Origin: Anaerolineales bacterium
Lineage (GTDB): Bacteria > Chloroflexota > Anaerolineae > Anaerolineales > E44-bin32
DNA: 64,000 nucleotides
NCBI GenBank assembly: GCA_034430425.1
Contig: DAOUEK010000032.1
Coordinates: 11,890-75,889 of the forward strand
Reading direction: 5' to 3'
Part shown: piece after piece, positions 1 to 8,503 of the stretch
Numbering within the stretch: position 1 is the first letter of the stretch
Layout: every line of letters begins with the position of its first letter
Program-made: the position numbers and the translations under genes
The notes under the pieces: generated by a model
Told to the model about the DNA's origin: nothing
Database searches by the model: none
Seen by the model: the letters and a program-made list of their open reading frames with translations, nothing else

Positions 1-1297
1 CGTTATGCAGCAGGAACACCCGCTTTCCCAGGGCCGAGATGCTCTTATCCGCCTTCGAGCGACTGAAACCACCCTTGCCGGCTTCGATTCCTTCCAGCCC
101 TTCCAAAAGATGGAGCTTATCGCGCTCGGTTTGCAGCCGGCCGATGAACCAGGTGCCTGCGTTGCTCAATCCCTTGTAATCCAGATCAGCCGGATTCTGG
201 GTCGTTAGCAGCAGGCCCAACCCAAAGGCACGCGCCTGCTTGAGCAACCGCAGCAGCGGCGGTTTGGAAGGCGGCTTTGCCACAGGCGGCATGAAACCAA
301 AGACCTCATCGATGTAGAGCAGCGCACGCAGTGAATCCGATCCCGATTGCTGGTACATCCAGGTTTCGAGCGCTGTCAGCAGCAGGGTGACGAAAAACAT
401 GCGTTCCGCGTCCGGCAGATGCGCCAGGTAAAAAATACTCTGCCTGGGCTTGCCGTCTTCACCCCAAAGGAACGCGTCGATATCCAGCGGCGTCCCCTCG
501 ACCCATGCCTGGAATGAAGGGGCGGCCAGTAAATTGTTGAGTGAAATGGCGAGTTCAAATCGATCATCCTCGGGATAGAACTGATCCATCTCGAAAGCGC
601 CCAGTCGGTCGAAGGGGGGATTCTGGATCTGGCGAATCAGTTCGGAAAGATCCAGGTCCACACCGTCTATCCAGGCGCGTTCGATCAGGTTGGACAGGAG
701 AATGTGTTCGCGGGATTTCACCGGATCGGCTTCGATACCCACGAGACCTAACAATGCCGTTGCCGTGCTGGAAATCTTTTCCCGGATCACTTCCCGATTC
801 TCGTCCCACGAAAGCGGCGGCGCCTGCAGCGAGGTGAGGATATTCACAGGAATAGCGGCATCCGATCCCGGCGTGTACACGGCATAGTCGACTGCCTGGC
901 GGACACTTTCAATCCGCCCGGCATCAATGTCCCATTTCGCCAGTCCTGATTTCCACAAGTCCGCGATTTCTTTCGCCATCTCGGCCGTCGACTTGCCTTC
1001 CCGCTGCGCCGTGTCCGCGTCCACCCAGGGTTCGAAATCCTGTGGGCTGAGTGTAGGAAAATGCAGCAGCAAGTTGGCGATGTCACCCTTGGGATCGATG
1101 ACCAGTGCCGGGATGCCGTTCAGCGCTGCTTCCTCGAGAATGTCGATACAAAGACCCGTCTTGCCCGACCCCGTCATGCCTACAACGACGCCGTGCGTGG
1201 TCAAATCGTCCGGATCGTAGAGTGTTGCTTTTTCGAGGATGGCCTTCTTCTTCAGATCGTAGGACTTGCCGATGTAGAATTTACCTTCGGTATTCAA
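1..1297 (-). CDS. P-loop ATPase of the HerA/FtsK-like (DUF87/DUF853-type) family; the 3' end runs off the window
   Basis: Absent from the ORF track because no stop lies inside the window. My minus-strand translation from TTG at 1297 (GAGG 5 nt upstream) is open to position 1. It reads MNTEGKFYIGKSYDL...HGVVVGMTGSGKTGLCIDILEEAALNGIPALVIDPKGDIANLL (Walker A GMTGSGKT), later LRALLYIDEVFGF (Walker B-like) and LLLTTQNPADLDYKGLSNAGTWFIGRLQTERDK. Confidence 0.6.
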   Translation of the reverse strand, partial: MNTEGKFYIGKSYDLKKKAILEKATLYDPDDLTTHGVVVGMTGSGKTGLCIDILEEAALNGIPALVIDPKGDIANLLLHFPTLSPQDFEPWVDADTAQREGKSTAEMAKEIADLWKSGLAKWDIDAGRIESVRQAVDYAVYTPGSDAAIPVNILTSLQAPPLSWDENREVIREKISSTATALLGLVGIEADPVKSREHILLSNLIERAWIDGVDLDLSELIRQIQNPPFDRLGAFEMDQFYPEDDRFELAISLNNLLAAPSFQAWVEGTPLDIDAFLWGEDGKPRQSIFYLAHLPDAERMFFVTLLLTALETWMYQQSGSDSLRALLYIDEVFGFMPPVAKPPSKPPLLRLLKQARAFGLGLLLTTQNPADLDYKGLSNAGTWFIGRLQTERDKLHLLEGLEGIEAGKGGFSRSKADKSISALGKRVFLLHN

Positions 1298-1320
1298 AGC
1301 CGCCTCGCTTTCATGCCTTC

Positions 1321-2421
1321 TCAAGGAAGCGCATCTGCATAAATCTTTTCAAATTCTATCAGGAATTCGGACGCCAAGGCCGGGTCTGCGATGATTAAGA
1401 CATTTTCGTCGTTTCGTTCTTCCGCGCTGCGTGTGAAATTATAAGAACCACAGATCACAATCTCTCCATCCAACAGGATGACTTTGTGGTGCATGGTCCC
1501 GGGATTCCCGTCCAAGCGCACCTCAGCCCCTCCCGCGAGCAGGTTCTCATATTGCCCTCCCGTCGCATTCGCCTGGTCCCTTTCAATCACACCACGCAGG
1601 CGAACACCCGCATCCAACTGGGCGAGCATCGCCGCGGCAATTTCATCCGAAGTGAACGAGAAGGCCATGAACTCAATCGTAGCTTCAGCGTCGGTGATCC
1701 ATGCGATCAGCTCCCTGGCAACCTGATTGTCGGGTGAGAATAAAACTGACCATTTCCCTCCATCGAGCGCAACCGCATCTCGAGACGGATCGGGCAAGGA
1801 AAGTGCACCAAAACGATCCTCGAGGAACATCTCTTCGAACTCCTGTGTATACCAGTGTGCCAATTCAGAGGAACGCACAGCAAGCAAGTTGTTGTTGTTG
1901 ATATACGCCCCTCGAACCGTGAAATTCATCGAGCCCGTCCAGACTTGCATGCCGTCCAGGACGACAAATTTATGGTGCATCAGGTGCTCGCGCATATCTC
2001 CGATGACCTCGATACCCGCTTGCTCGAGTTCGGCTATTTCTGCTTCGGCGTGATAGTCGCTTTCGATGATGAGCCGAACTCGAACACCACGTCGATGCGC
2101 TCGAATTAGCGCATCGCGTATACTCCACAAATCCAGATGATAGATGGCTACATCGAGCGAATATTGTGCCGCATCGATCGCATCTGCCAAGACAGCATCC
2201 GGCCCACCCCGATACGTGGATGCCTGGGGACCACCCGGATCGGTGAAGGCCACCGTCCACGTGCTGTTCTGCTCAACGTGCGGTGTTGGTGATGGTGGTT
2301 CCGATTCTTGTTCACCCTGGAATACAAAAAACAAGGCGACGAGTAAAAGCAAGGTTAATGAAGCGGCGAGTGTTGTCGGTTGGATGGTTAACCGTCGTGG
2401 CACGTCAGACCCCAGTCCCAA
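1321..2421 (-). CDS. Phospholipase D / PLD-nuclease family protein with two HKD motifs and an N-terminal membrane anchor
   Basis: ORF track, 366 aa. Two HxK(x4)D-type motifs are present (HHKFVVLDG...GSMNFT and HHKVILLDG...GSYNFT). Hydrophobic N-terminal segment LAASLTLLLLVALFFVF. Confidence 0.8.
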   Translation of the reverse strand: MGLGSDVPRRLTIQPTTLAASLTLLLLVALFFVFQGEQESEPPSPTPHVEQNSTWTVAFTDPGGPQASTYRGGPDAVLADAIDAAQYSLDVAIYHLDLWSIRDALIRAHRRGVRVRLIIESDYHAEAEIAELEQAGIEVIGDMREHLMHHKFVVLDGMQVWTGSMNFTVRGAYINNNNLLAVRSSELAHWYTQEFEEMFLEDRFGALSLPDPSRDAVALDGGKWSVLFSPDNQVARELIAWITDAEATIEFMAFSFTSDEIAAAMLAQLDAGVRLRGVIERDQANATGGQYENLLAGGAEVRLDGNPGTMHHKVILLDGEIVICGSYNFTRSAEERNDENVLIIADPALASEFLIEFEKIYADALP

Positions 2422-2524
2422 TCCCTAACTTCCCCCTACCGAATGTAAGCGTCTTCCGCGGGACTGCTGTCTTGATTATAACGGGCAGCTGCCCGATGGA
2501 CAAACACCAAGCTGCTCCACCGAT

Positions 2525-2695
2525 TTAAAAACCTTTAACCACAACGCCCAGGAATAAAAGGATGTAGCCAAATAAAACCAACCAGAAGGAAATCGAGGAC
2601 AATACCGGGATCGAGCCAATGTGAGCCAGTAAGCCAACGATGGCAAAGATCAGAGATACAGTGAAAACACTTTTCGACGGTCTTTTGATTCGCAT
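2525..2695 (-). CDS. Small hydrophobic protein (56 aa, about 2 TM), unknown function
   Basis: Below the ORF-track size cutoff. ATG at 2695 is preceded by GAGGAG about 9 nt upstream. Translation is MRIKRPSKSVFTVSLIFAIVGLLAHIGSIPVLSSISFWLVLFGYILLFLGVVVKGF, with TAA at 2525-2527. It lies 40 nt downstream of pyrD on the same strand. Confidence 0.4.
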   Translation of the reverse strand: MRIKRPSKSVFTVSLIFAIVGLLAHIGSIPVLSSISFWLVLFGYILLFLGVVVKGF

Positions 2696-2735
2696 ACAGA
2701 CTTCTCCTCGATAGTTGATTGCTGCTCTCGATAAG

Positions 2736-3773
2736 CTACTGCTTTACAGCGAGCTCGCGCAGGATCGATCGCGCCAATCCAGGACCACGATATACGAGAC
2801 CTGTGTAGACCTGGACCAGGGAAGCCCCGGCATCCAGTTTTTCTTTCATGTCATCGGTGTTGAACACACCACCTACACCAATGATGGGCAGCTTTCCCTT
2901 TGTGAGCTCCCAAATCTGGTGGACCATGGCGGTCGATCGCTCTCGCAGCGGGAGTCCGCTAAGCCCACCACTTTCAACCGCATTGGCAGACAGCAACCCG
3001 TCGCGCTCGATCGTGGTGTTGGTGGCCACGATACCGTCCATCCCGCGTTCCATGATGGTTCCGACGGCATCCTCCAATTCCTGCCGCGTCAGATCTGGCG
3101 CGAGTTTGACCAACACGGGCACGCGCTTCTGCAAATCGGTGGTTAGCGTTTGCCGGGCATCTGAGATTTCGCACAACAGGGAATCCAGAAAATCACGCGC
3201 CTGCAAACGCCGCAGGCCGACCGTATTGGGCGAGGAAACATTCACCACGAAGTAATCGACGAATGCATAGAAAGTCCGCAGCAGTTGGAGATAGTCGTCA
3301 GCGGCCGCTTCCAGCGGCGTATTTACCCCTTTACCGACGTTGAGCCCCACAACGACATCACTCGCCCTTCGATTTCGAAGATGTTTGAAAAGCGTCTCGG
3401 CGCCCTTGTTGGGAAATCCCATGCGGTTGATCAAGGCACGATCTTCGGGCAAACGAAAGATCCTCGGGCATGGATTTCCCGGCTGCGGTAACGGTGTTAC
3501 TGTACCCAATTCAACGTGGCCGAAGCCAAGGCAAGCCAATCCCTGCAGCGTACAACCCTCTTTGTCGTAGCCCGCGGCCAATCCCAGCGGATTGGGGAAA
3601 CGGATGCCAAAGACCTCAACCGCCAAGGATGGATCGTGAAACGAAAAAGCCCGCCGCAGCAACGCCCGTGTTACCGGGGAGGAAGACGCAAACGTCAGCG
3701 CACTCAACGTCAGATGGTGTACCCGCTCGGGGTCGAGGCGGAACAACAGCGCCCGGACACATTCATACCACAT
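2736..3773 (-). CDS. pyrD: Dihydroorotate dehydrogenase (quinone), class 2
   Basis: ORF track, 345 aa. N-terminus LLFRLDPERVHHLTL, plus FPNPLGLAAGYDK, GFGHVELGTVT, NVSSPNT and IIGVGGV motifs typical of class 2 DHODH. It is the last gene of the pyr operon. Confidence 0.9.
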   Translation of the reverse strand: MWYECVRALLFRLDPERVHHLTLSALTFASSSPVTRALLRRAFSFHDPSLAVEVFGIRFPNPLGLAAGYDKEGCTLQGLACLGFGHVELGTVTPLPQPGNPCPRIFRLPEDRALINRMGFPNKGAETLFKHLRNRRASDVVVGLNVGKGVNTPLEAAADDYLQLLRTFYAFVDYFVVNVSSPNTVGLRRLQARDFLDSLLCEISDARQTLTTDLQKRVPVLVKLAPDLTRQELEDAVGTIMERGMDGIVATNTTIERDGLLSANAVESGGLSGLPLRERSTAMVHQIWELTKGKLPIIGVGGVFNTDDMKEKLDAGASLVQVYTGLVYRGPGLARSILRELAVKQ

Positions 3774-3842
3774 GAGTCTCTTTCCAAAATGCGTTCATTG
3801 ATATTGAAGTAGAGGCAAGTCTTGACATACAGGACACCGAAA

Positions 3843-5258
3843 TCAAATCTCCAGAAATTCCCGCACAACTGCCGCTTGCTGCGCAGAGATCTTGCCGGTA
3901 TTTTCCCAATGATCGATCAAATCTGTGAGCTCGAAAACGGCATGCAGCCGATAACCCGCTTGCGCAAGTGTTTCTCGCGCCCCGCTCTGACGGTCGATCA
4001 GCACCAAGATATCCGTCACTTTCAGCCCGACTTCCTTCAGACGCTCGATGGCCTCGAATTTGCTCCCTCCGGTGGTCACCAGATCGTCGATCACCAAAGC
4101 CGTCTGACCCGCTTCATAATGACCCTCGACTTTTGCCCGTGTACCGTAGGCTTTCACTTCTTTACGGGGATAAATCATCGCTTGCCTGCTTTGCAGCGAA
4201 AGCGCCGTCGCGATCGGCAATCCTGCATACGGCAAGGCGGCCAAACGATCGAATCCCAGGTTGTCTGCGTGTGAACGATAGGCAGCCGCAGCTCGGGCCA
4301 GTAAAGCCGGATACGAAGCGAGCAAACGCAAATCGATATAAATCGGTGAAATCTTCCCCGACTTTAATTCAAACGATCCGAAACGGACGCATCCCGCCTC
4401 GAGTAACCCATCCGCCAATCCGACCAGGTGAGCTGGCAGGATCGATCGTCGGGGAGACGGGAATGATTCTCGAACGTTTTGGATTTTCTCGTGCAGCTGA
4501 GCTGCTTGCGCACGACGATCCCCGGCAGAGGAAATCCCTCGGGAAACCGGGACGATCATCCCCAGGCCATCCGGTCGCAATCCCGCATGTAAGGCAGTCT
4601 CAAGATTGCCGCCCTGCGCACCGACACCCGGCGCGAGCAGCCAAAGGTCCGGCGCCGCTTCACGGACCGCAGCCAGCGCCGAAGGATCCGTCGCCCCAAC
4701 AACCAGGCCGACGTTCCCAAACTCGTTCCATATTTGTGCCTTGCGCGCCAGACGAACGTAGAGCGGCTCGAAGCTGTCGATCAGCAAGGTCTGCAGATCA
4801 TCCGCTCCGGGATTGGATGTTTTACAGAGGATAAAGACACCCTTGCCGGGATCGCGCAGGAAAGGTTCAAGGGAGTCGTGACCAAGAAACGGACTCGCCG
4901 TGACAGCATCTGCACCCAAAGTGTCGAAGAGCGCCCGCGCGTAGGCCTCCGCCGTGGATGCGATGTCGCCCCGTTTCGCATCCAGGATCACGGGAATGCC
5001 GTCGGGAACGAAGGCGATCACTTCACGAAGGGCATCCCATCCTGCAGCGCCAAACTGTTCGAAGAAGGCGCTGTTGGGCTTGAAGGCACATGCCAACTCA
5101 TGGGTCTCTTCGATGATGCGCCTGCAGAAGTCCAACGCCGCCTCGGCGGTCGGCTCGGGCAGCTGTTTGGAATGGGGATCAAGGCCAATACAGAGCAGTG
5201 AATCGACGGATTGAACCCGCTCTCTCAGTCTCTCAAAAAACGTTGATATTCCTGTCAT
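3843..5258 (-). CDS. pyrF/pyrE: Fused orotidine-5'-phosphate decarboxylase (N-terminal, type 2) and orotate phosphoribosyltransferase (C-terminal)
   Basis: ORF track, 471 aa in a single frame. The N-terminal half has LCIGLDPH and ILDAKRGDIASTAEAY (type 2 OMP decarboxylase signature). The C-terminal half has FELKSGKISPIYIDLR and ALVIDDLVTTGGSKFEAI (PRPP-binding motif of OPRTase). Confidence 0.85.
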   Translation of the reverse strand: MTGISTFFERLRERVQSVDSLLCIGLDPHSKQLPEPTAEAALDFCRRIIEETHELACAFKPNSAFFEQFGAAGWDALREVIAFVPDGIPVILDAKRGDIASTAEAYARALFDTLGADAVTASPFLGHDSLEPFLRDPGKGVFILCKTSNPGADDLQTLLIDSFEPLYVRLARKAQIWNEFGNVGLVVGATDPSALAAVREAAPDLWLLAPGVGAQGGNLETALHAGLRPDGLGMIVPVSRGISSAGDRRAQAAQLHEKIQNVRESFPSPRRSILPAHLVGLADGLLEAGCVRFGSFELKSGKISPIYIDLRLLASYPALLARAAAAYRSHADNLGFDRLAALPYAGLPIATALSLQSRQAMIYPRKEVKAYGTRAKVEGHYEAGQTALVIDDLVTTGGSKFEAIERLKEVGLKVTDILVLIDRQSGARETLAQAGYRLHAVFELTDLIDHWENTGKISAQQAAVVREFLEI

Positions 5259-5303
5259 CGTATTCTCGAGGTCTGTTCGATTTCCGTGGACGTTTCCTAC
5301 GTC

Positions 5304-6302
5304 CTACGCTTTGCCCAGCACCAGTGCCAACAAGGCCATACGCACGTATAGACCATATTCCATCTGTCGGAAGTATGCCGCCCGTGGATCCTCGTCCAAC
5401 TCCATGCTGATTTCTCCCACACGCGGAAGCGGATGCATAACGATCATCTCATCCTTGGCGGCTTTCATCGTCTCCGGTGTGATCACATAGGCGCCTTTCA
5501 CCTTCTCGTATTCATCCAGGTTCTCGAAACGCTCCTTCTGCACGCGGGTGATGTAGAGCACATCCGTTTCGGGCAGAACCGACTCGAGGGACTCATGCAT
5601 CGCCTGAGGGATCTTGCGTGCATCAAGTTCTTCGACCACCTCCTGCGGCATATTGAGAATCTCGGGCGAGACGTAATTGAGATGAACATCAAACAATGAA
5701 AGCAGTCGCGACAATGAATGAACCGTACGACCGTACTTCAAATCGCCCAGCATGGTGACGGTGAGACCGTCCACATGCCCCAGTTCTTCAGAGATCGTAA
5801 AGAGATCGAGCAGCGCCTGGGTGGGATGCTCGCCAATGCCGTCACCTGCGTTGATGATCGGTTTATAGGCGTACTTCGCAGCGAGTGCAGCGGCACCGAC
5901 TTCAGGATGGCGCAGCACAATCACGTCCGAGTAACATTCCAGCGTGCGGATGGTGTCCGGAAGCGATTCGCCCTTCGCCACCGACGAGTACGTCACCTCA
6001 TTGATCGGTATTACGCTGCCGCCAAGACGTTCCATAGCCGCCAGGAAAGAAGATGACGTGCGCGTCGAGGGTTCGTAGAACAAGTTAGTCAAAATTTTGC
6101 CCTTGAGCAAATCAAAGGTTCCCACCCGCTCGACCATCGCCCGCATTTCTTTGGCGACACCAAAAATATATTCCAGATCCTCGAGGGCGAATTGTTTTAC
6201 CGAGAGGATATCCTTGCCGTAAAACGGGGCTTCCTGGCGATCGCCGAGGGGCAGGTGTGGGTTACGCGCCTTTCGTTGGTTCGGGGGTATAAAGGTTGCC
6301 AT
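5304..6302 (-). CDS. pyrB: Aspartate carbamoyltransferase catalytic subunit
   Basis: ORF track 5304..6314. Motifs [20 protein letters not shown] and MHPLPR. I place the start at ATG 6302 (MATFIPP...) because GGAGG lies about 6 nt upstream; the track's TTG at 6314 sits immediately 5' of and partly overlaps that SD. Confidence 0.9.
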   Translation of the reverse strand: MATFIPPNQRKARNPHLPLGDRQEAPFYGKDILSVKQFALEDLEYIFGVAKEMRAMVERVGTFDLLKGKILTNLFYEPSTRTSSSFLAAMERLGGSVIPINEVTYSSVAKGESLPDTIRTLECYSDVIVLRHPEVGAAALAAKYAYKPIINAGDGIGEHPTQALLDLFTISEELGHVDGLTVTMLGDLKYGRTVHSLSRLLSLFDVHLNYVSPEILNMPQEVVEELDARKIPQAMHESLESVLPETDVLYITRVQKERFENLDEYEKVKGAYVITPETMKAAKDEMIVMHPLPRVGEISMELDEDPRAAYFRQMEYGLYVRMALLALVLGKA

Positions 6303-6326
6303 ATATTCCTCCAATATTATTTTTGA

Positions 6327-7391
6327 TTAAACTGAGGCGACATTTCTCCCGAAACCCTTCGGAACGAGAATCTCGCCATCTTGATATGCCAATTGGTCGT
6401 GTAATTTCACCCGGCGCACACGTCCCCGCAGCTGCATGCCTTCAAAGGGGCTCCAGCCACAACGGCTGTGGAAGTCTTTCGCGCCTACATTCCAGACGGC
6501 ATCCGGGTCGAATTCGACTTCCGCATCCGGATTCTCCGGCAGACCGAAAATCCTTCTCGGATTAAGATGCATGCGGGCGATAAGATCATCCATCGACAAC
6601 CGCCCTTCATGTACGGCGGTGGCGAACAACGCCAATGATGTCTCCAGGCCGGGGAAGCCGGGAGGAGGATCCTCGCTGTCCTTCTCCTCCAGCGTATGGG
6701 GTGCATGATCCGTAGCAAAACAGTCGATCACCGACAGGTTGTCCCACAATGCCGCTTGATCCGCTTTCGCAGCCAGGACCGGCCGCACCTCACTCCTGCC
6801 CGGACCGATATGGGAGGTATCTTCTTCGCTGAGGAACAAGTGGTGGGGAGTCACCTCGCAGGTGACCGGGTAGCCTCGCTGCTTCATCTCACGAATAAGC
6901 TGGATTTCGATTTGCCGACTGACGTGACAGATATGGATCGGCCGCTCCTGCAGCATTGCCAGAAGCAGGATCGCTGCGAGACTGCGCCTTTCCGCATGAG
7001 CTACCAAAGGACGATCGGACGGCCATGCTTCCAGGTGACGCCTTTGCAGCTCGAGTCCCTTGACTTGCAAGGGACCATAGGTCAGATCCAGGTACAGCTT
7101 CAGCCCACAAGCCTGTTTTGCAAGTGATGTATAAGTTTGATGGTTGTCCGCACTGGCGCCGAGGTAAATGCCGTAATCACAGCGAGCTTTATCCTGCGCC
7201 GCCTGGCGGGCTTGATCGAAACTCACCTGATCGACCAGGGGAGGATTCGTGTTGGGCATCGCCAGAACGGTGGAGTAGCCGCCAGCCAAAGCCGCTGCGG
7301 TTCCCGTGTCGAAATCTTCCTTGTGTGTTGCGCCCGGCTCCCGCAGATGTACGTGTGGATCGATGAGACCGGGCAGCTGGATCATGGCCAT
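6327..7391 (-). CDS. pyrC: Dihydroorotase (short form beginning directly at the metal-binding HxH motif)
   Basis: ORF track 6327..7421. Motifs LIDPHVHLREPG and FATDHAPH. The track's TTG start (7421) lies inside the U-tract of a terminator-like hairpin, so ATG 7391 (MAMIQLPG) or ATG 7385 (MIQLPG) is more plausible. Confidence 0.8.
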   Translation of the reverse strand: MAMIQLPGLIDPHVHLREPGATHKEDFDTGTAAALAGGYSTVLAMPNTNPPLVDQVSFDQARQAAQDKARCDYGIYLGASADNHQTYTSLAKQACGLKLYLDLTYGPLQVKGLELQRRHLEAWPSDRPLVAHAERRSLAAILLLAMLQERPIHICHVSRQIEIQLIREMKQRGYPVTCEVTPHHLFLSEEDTSHIGPGRSEVRPVLAAKADQAALWDNLSVIDCFATDHAPHTLEEKDSEDPPPGFPGLETSLALFATAVHEGRLSMDDLIARMHLNPRRIFGLPENPDAEVEFDPDAVWNVGAKDFHSRCGWSPFEGMQLRGRVRRVKLHDQLAYQDGEILVPKGFGRNVASV

Positions 7392-7419
7392 AAACAATTT
7401 CTTCTCGCGTGGATTGGAC

Positions 7420-7443
7420 AAAAAAAGAGAGCCGACCGGCTCC
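7420..7443 (-). terminator. Leader hairpin 2 with a U7 tract (candidate attenuator immediately upstream of pyrC)
   Basis: Minus-strand RNA reads GGAGCC-GGUC-GGCUCU followed by C-UUUUUUU. This is a 6-bp stem (one G-U pair), a 4-nt loop and 7 consecutive U. It lies about 29 nt upstream of ATG 7391. Confidence 0.55.
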
Positions 7444-7455
7444 GTTTTGGCAGAT

Positions 7456-7495
7456 GAAAAATCGCCCGCTCTGAGGCTCTTACCTCATGGCGGGC
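7456..7495 (-). terminator. Leader hairpin 1 with a U5 tract (candidate attenuator)
   Basis: Minus-strand RNA reads GCCCGC-ca-UGAGG-uaagag-CCUCA-ga-GCGGGC followed by GAUUUUUC. This gives 6 + 5 bp with a small internal loop. Confidence 0.5.
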
Positions 7496-7548
7496 CAAGT
7501 TCTTTGATGCTATGTACGCGCGATGATACATCATATTCCTAAAGAACT

Positions 7549-7577
7549 AATTTACGACCAATTTACCGGATTGTCAA
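7549..7577 (-). promoter_or_regulatory. Sigma70-like promoter of the pyr operon leader
   Basis: The minus strand has TTGACA (7577..7572), a 17-nt spacer and TAAATT (7554..7549). It lies between the upstream nuclease gene and the two leader hairpins. Confidence 0.5.
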
Positions 7578-7675
7578 GCATTCTGCCTTTCGATTTGGAA
7601 ATCTAACGACTTGCCAAAGGGACCCACTCGCCGTGTTGATATCACCGCACGGACATAATTACAGCGATATCACAA

Positions 7676-8353
7676 TTACCAGTCACTCATCCGAGTGCGC
7701 TGCCGATAATCACAATATCCGCAGTCCGGATTTGCATCCGGCGGTTCAGGACATTCCAGGATCGTCAGGACCTCGTCGATAAATTGGAGAAACCGGTCCA
7801 TATCCTTGGGAATCTCGGTCCACGAAGATTCTCCCAGATAGGCAATCCGTCCATCGTCAAAGCGCTGTAAATCCGATGGCGAAACGTTCAATAATCCCAG
7901 ATGGGTGATGGGGCTGAGAGAAAACCCTTTTGGCGCCGGGTTTTCCAAAGCATATGCGTAGGCATGAAGCTGCCGGCCGTAGAATTCGATATGATGCGCT
8001 GCCGGTTGGGTGGTTTTAAAATCAACCACAGCATAACTCCCGTCGATAAAACGGATGGCGGTATCGAAACGACCCCGGATGTAGCAAGTGTGGTCGTGAT
8101 TGGGCAGCTTGATTTCCGCCGATCGCACCCACTTTTCACCATAGGTTACTTCCCCTTCCGGCAGATCGGGGGAAATTATTGAACTCGGTTTTCCCATGAA
8201 ATAGGCATTCATGAGACGATCGATCTTGCCGAAGATACTCGGGAAAGGCGCTCGCGGTCGATTGAACTTTGATACGATTTTCAAATAGAAGCAGCGTTTG
8301 CATTCATCCCAGAGAAATGTCAAATCCGAGGGACTCAATTTCCAGGTTTGCAT
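7676..8353 (-). CDS. PD-(D/E)XK nuclease family protein, Cas4/RecB-like with a cysteine cluster
   Basis: ORF track, 225 aa. It has the core GRFD...YAVVDFKTT (D...D-x-K) and cysteines at both ends (DECKRCFY near the N-terminus, CPEPPDANPDCGYCDY at the C-terminus), as in Fe-S Cas4/AddB-type nucleases. Confidence 0.6.
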   Translation of the reverse strand: MQTWKLSPSDLTFLWDECKRCFYLKIVSKFNRPRAPFPSIFGKIDRLMNAYFMGKPSSIISPDLPEGEVTYGEKWVRSAEIKLPNHDHTCYIRGRFDTAIRFIDGSYAVVDFKTTQPAAHHIEFYGRQLHAYAYALENPAPKGFSLSPITHLGLLNVSPSDLQRFDDGRIAYLGESSWTEIPKDMDRFLQFIDEVLTILECPEPPDANPDCGYCDYRQRTRMSDW

Positions 8354-8382
8354 GATCGCTCCTCTCGCCCATTAAGCAAAAC

Positions 8383-8411
8383 GCATGGGCCCTCGCAAAG
8401 AGAACCCATGC
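8383..8411 (-). terminator. Hairpin followed by a U-rich tail, downstream of the lipoprotein gene
   Basis: GCATGGG (8383-8389) pairs with CCCATGC (8405-8411) as a perfect 7-bp inverted repeat. On the minus strand it is followed by GUUUUGCUU. Confidence 0.35.
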
Positions 8412-8503
8412 ATTTTACACATTCTGATTACAATTATAAATCGAACAGCACATTGTTACTGCGAATTGAACTGTTACATCGTCGATTCGCATCATCCCAT
8501 CGA

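Noticed and set aside
3968-4834. A 288-aa plus-strand ORF antisense to pyrF/pyrE.
   Set aside because: It is antisense to a gene with unambiguous ODCase and OPRTase motifs. The product is Arg/Pro/Ser-rich with no motif.
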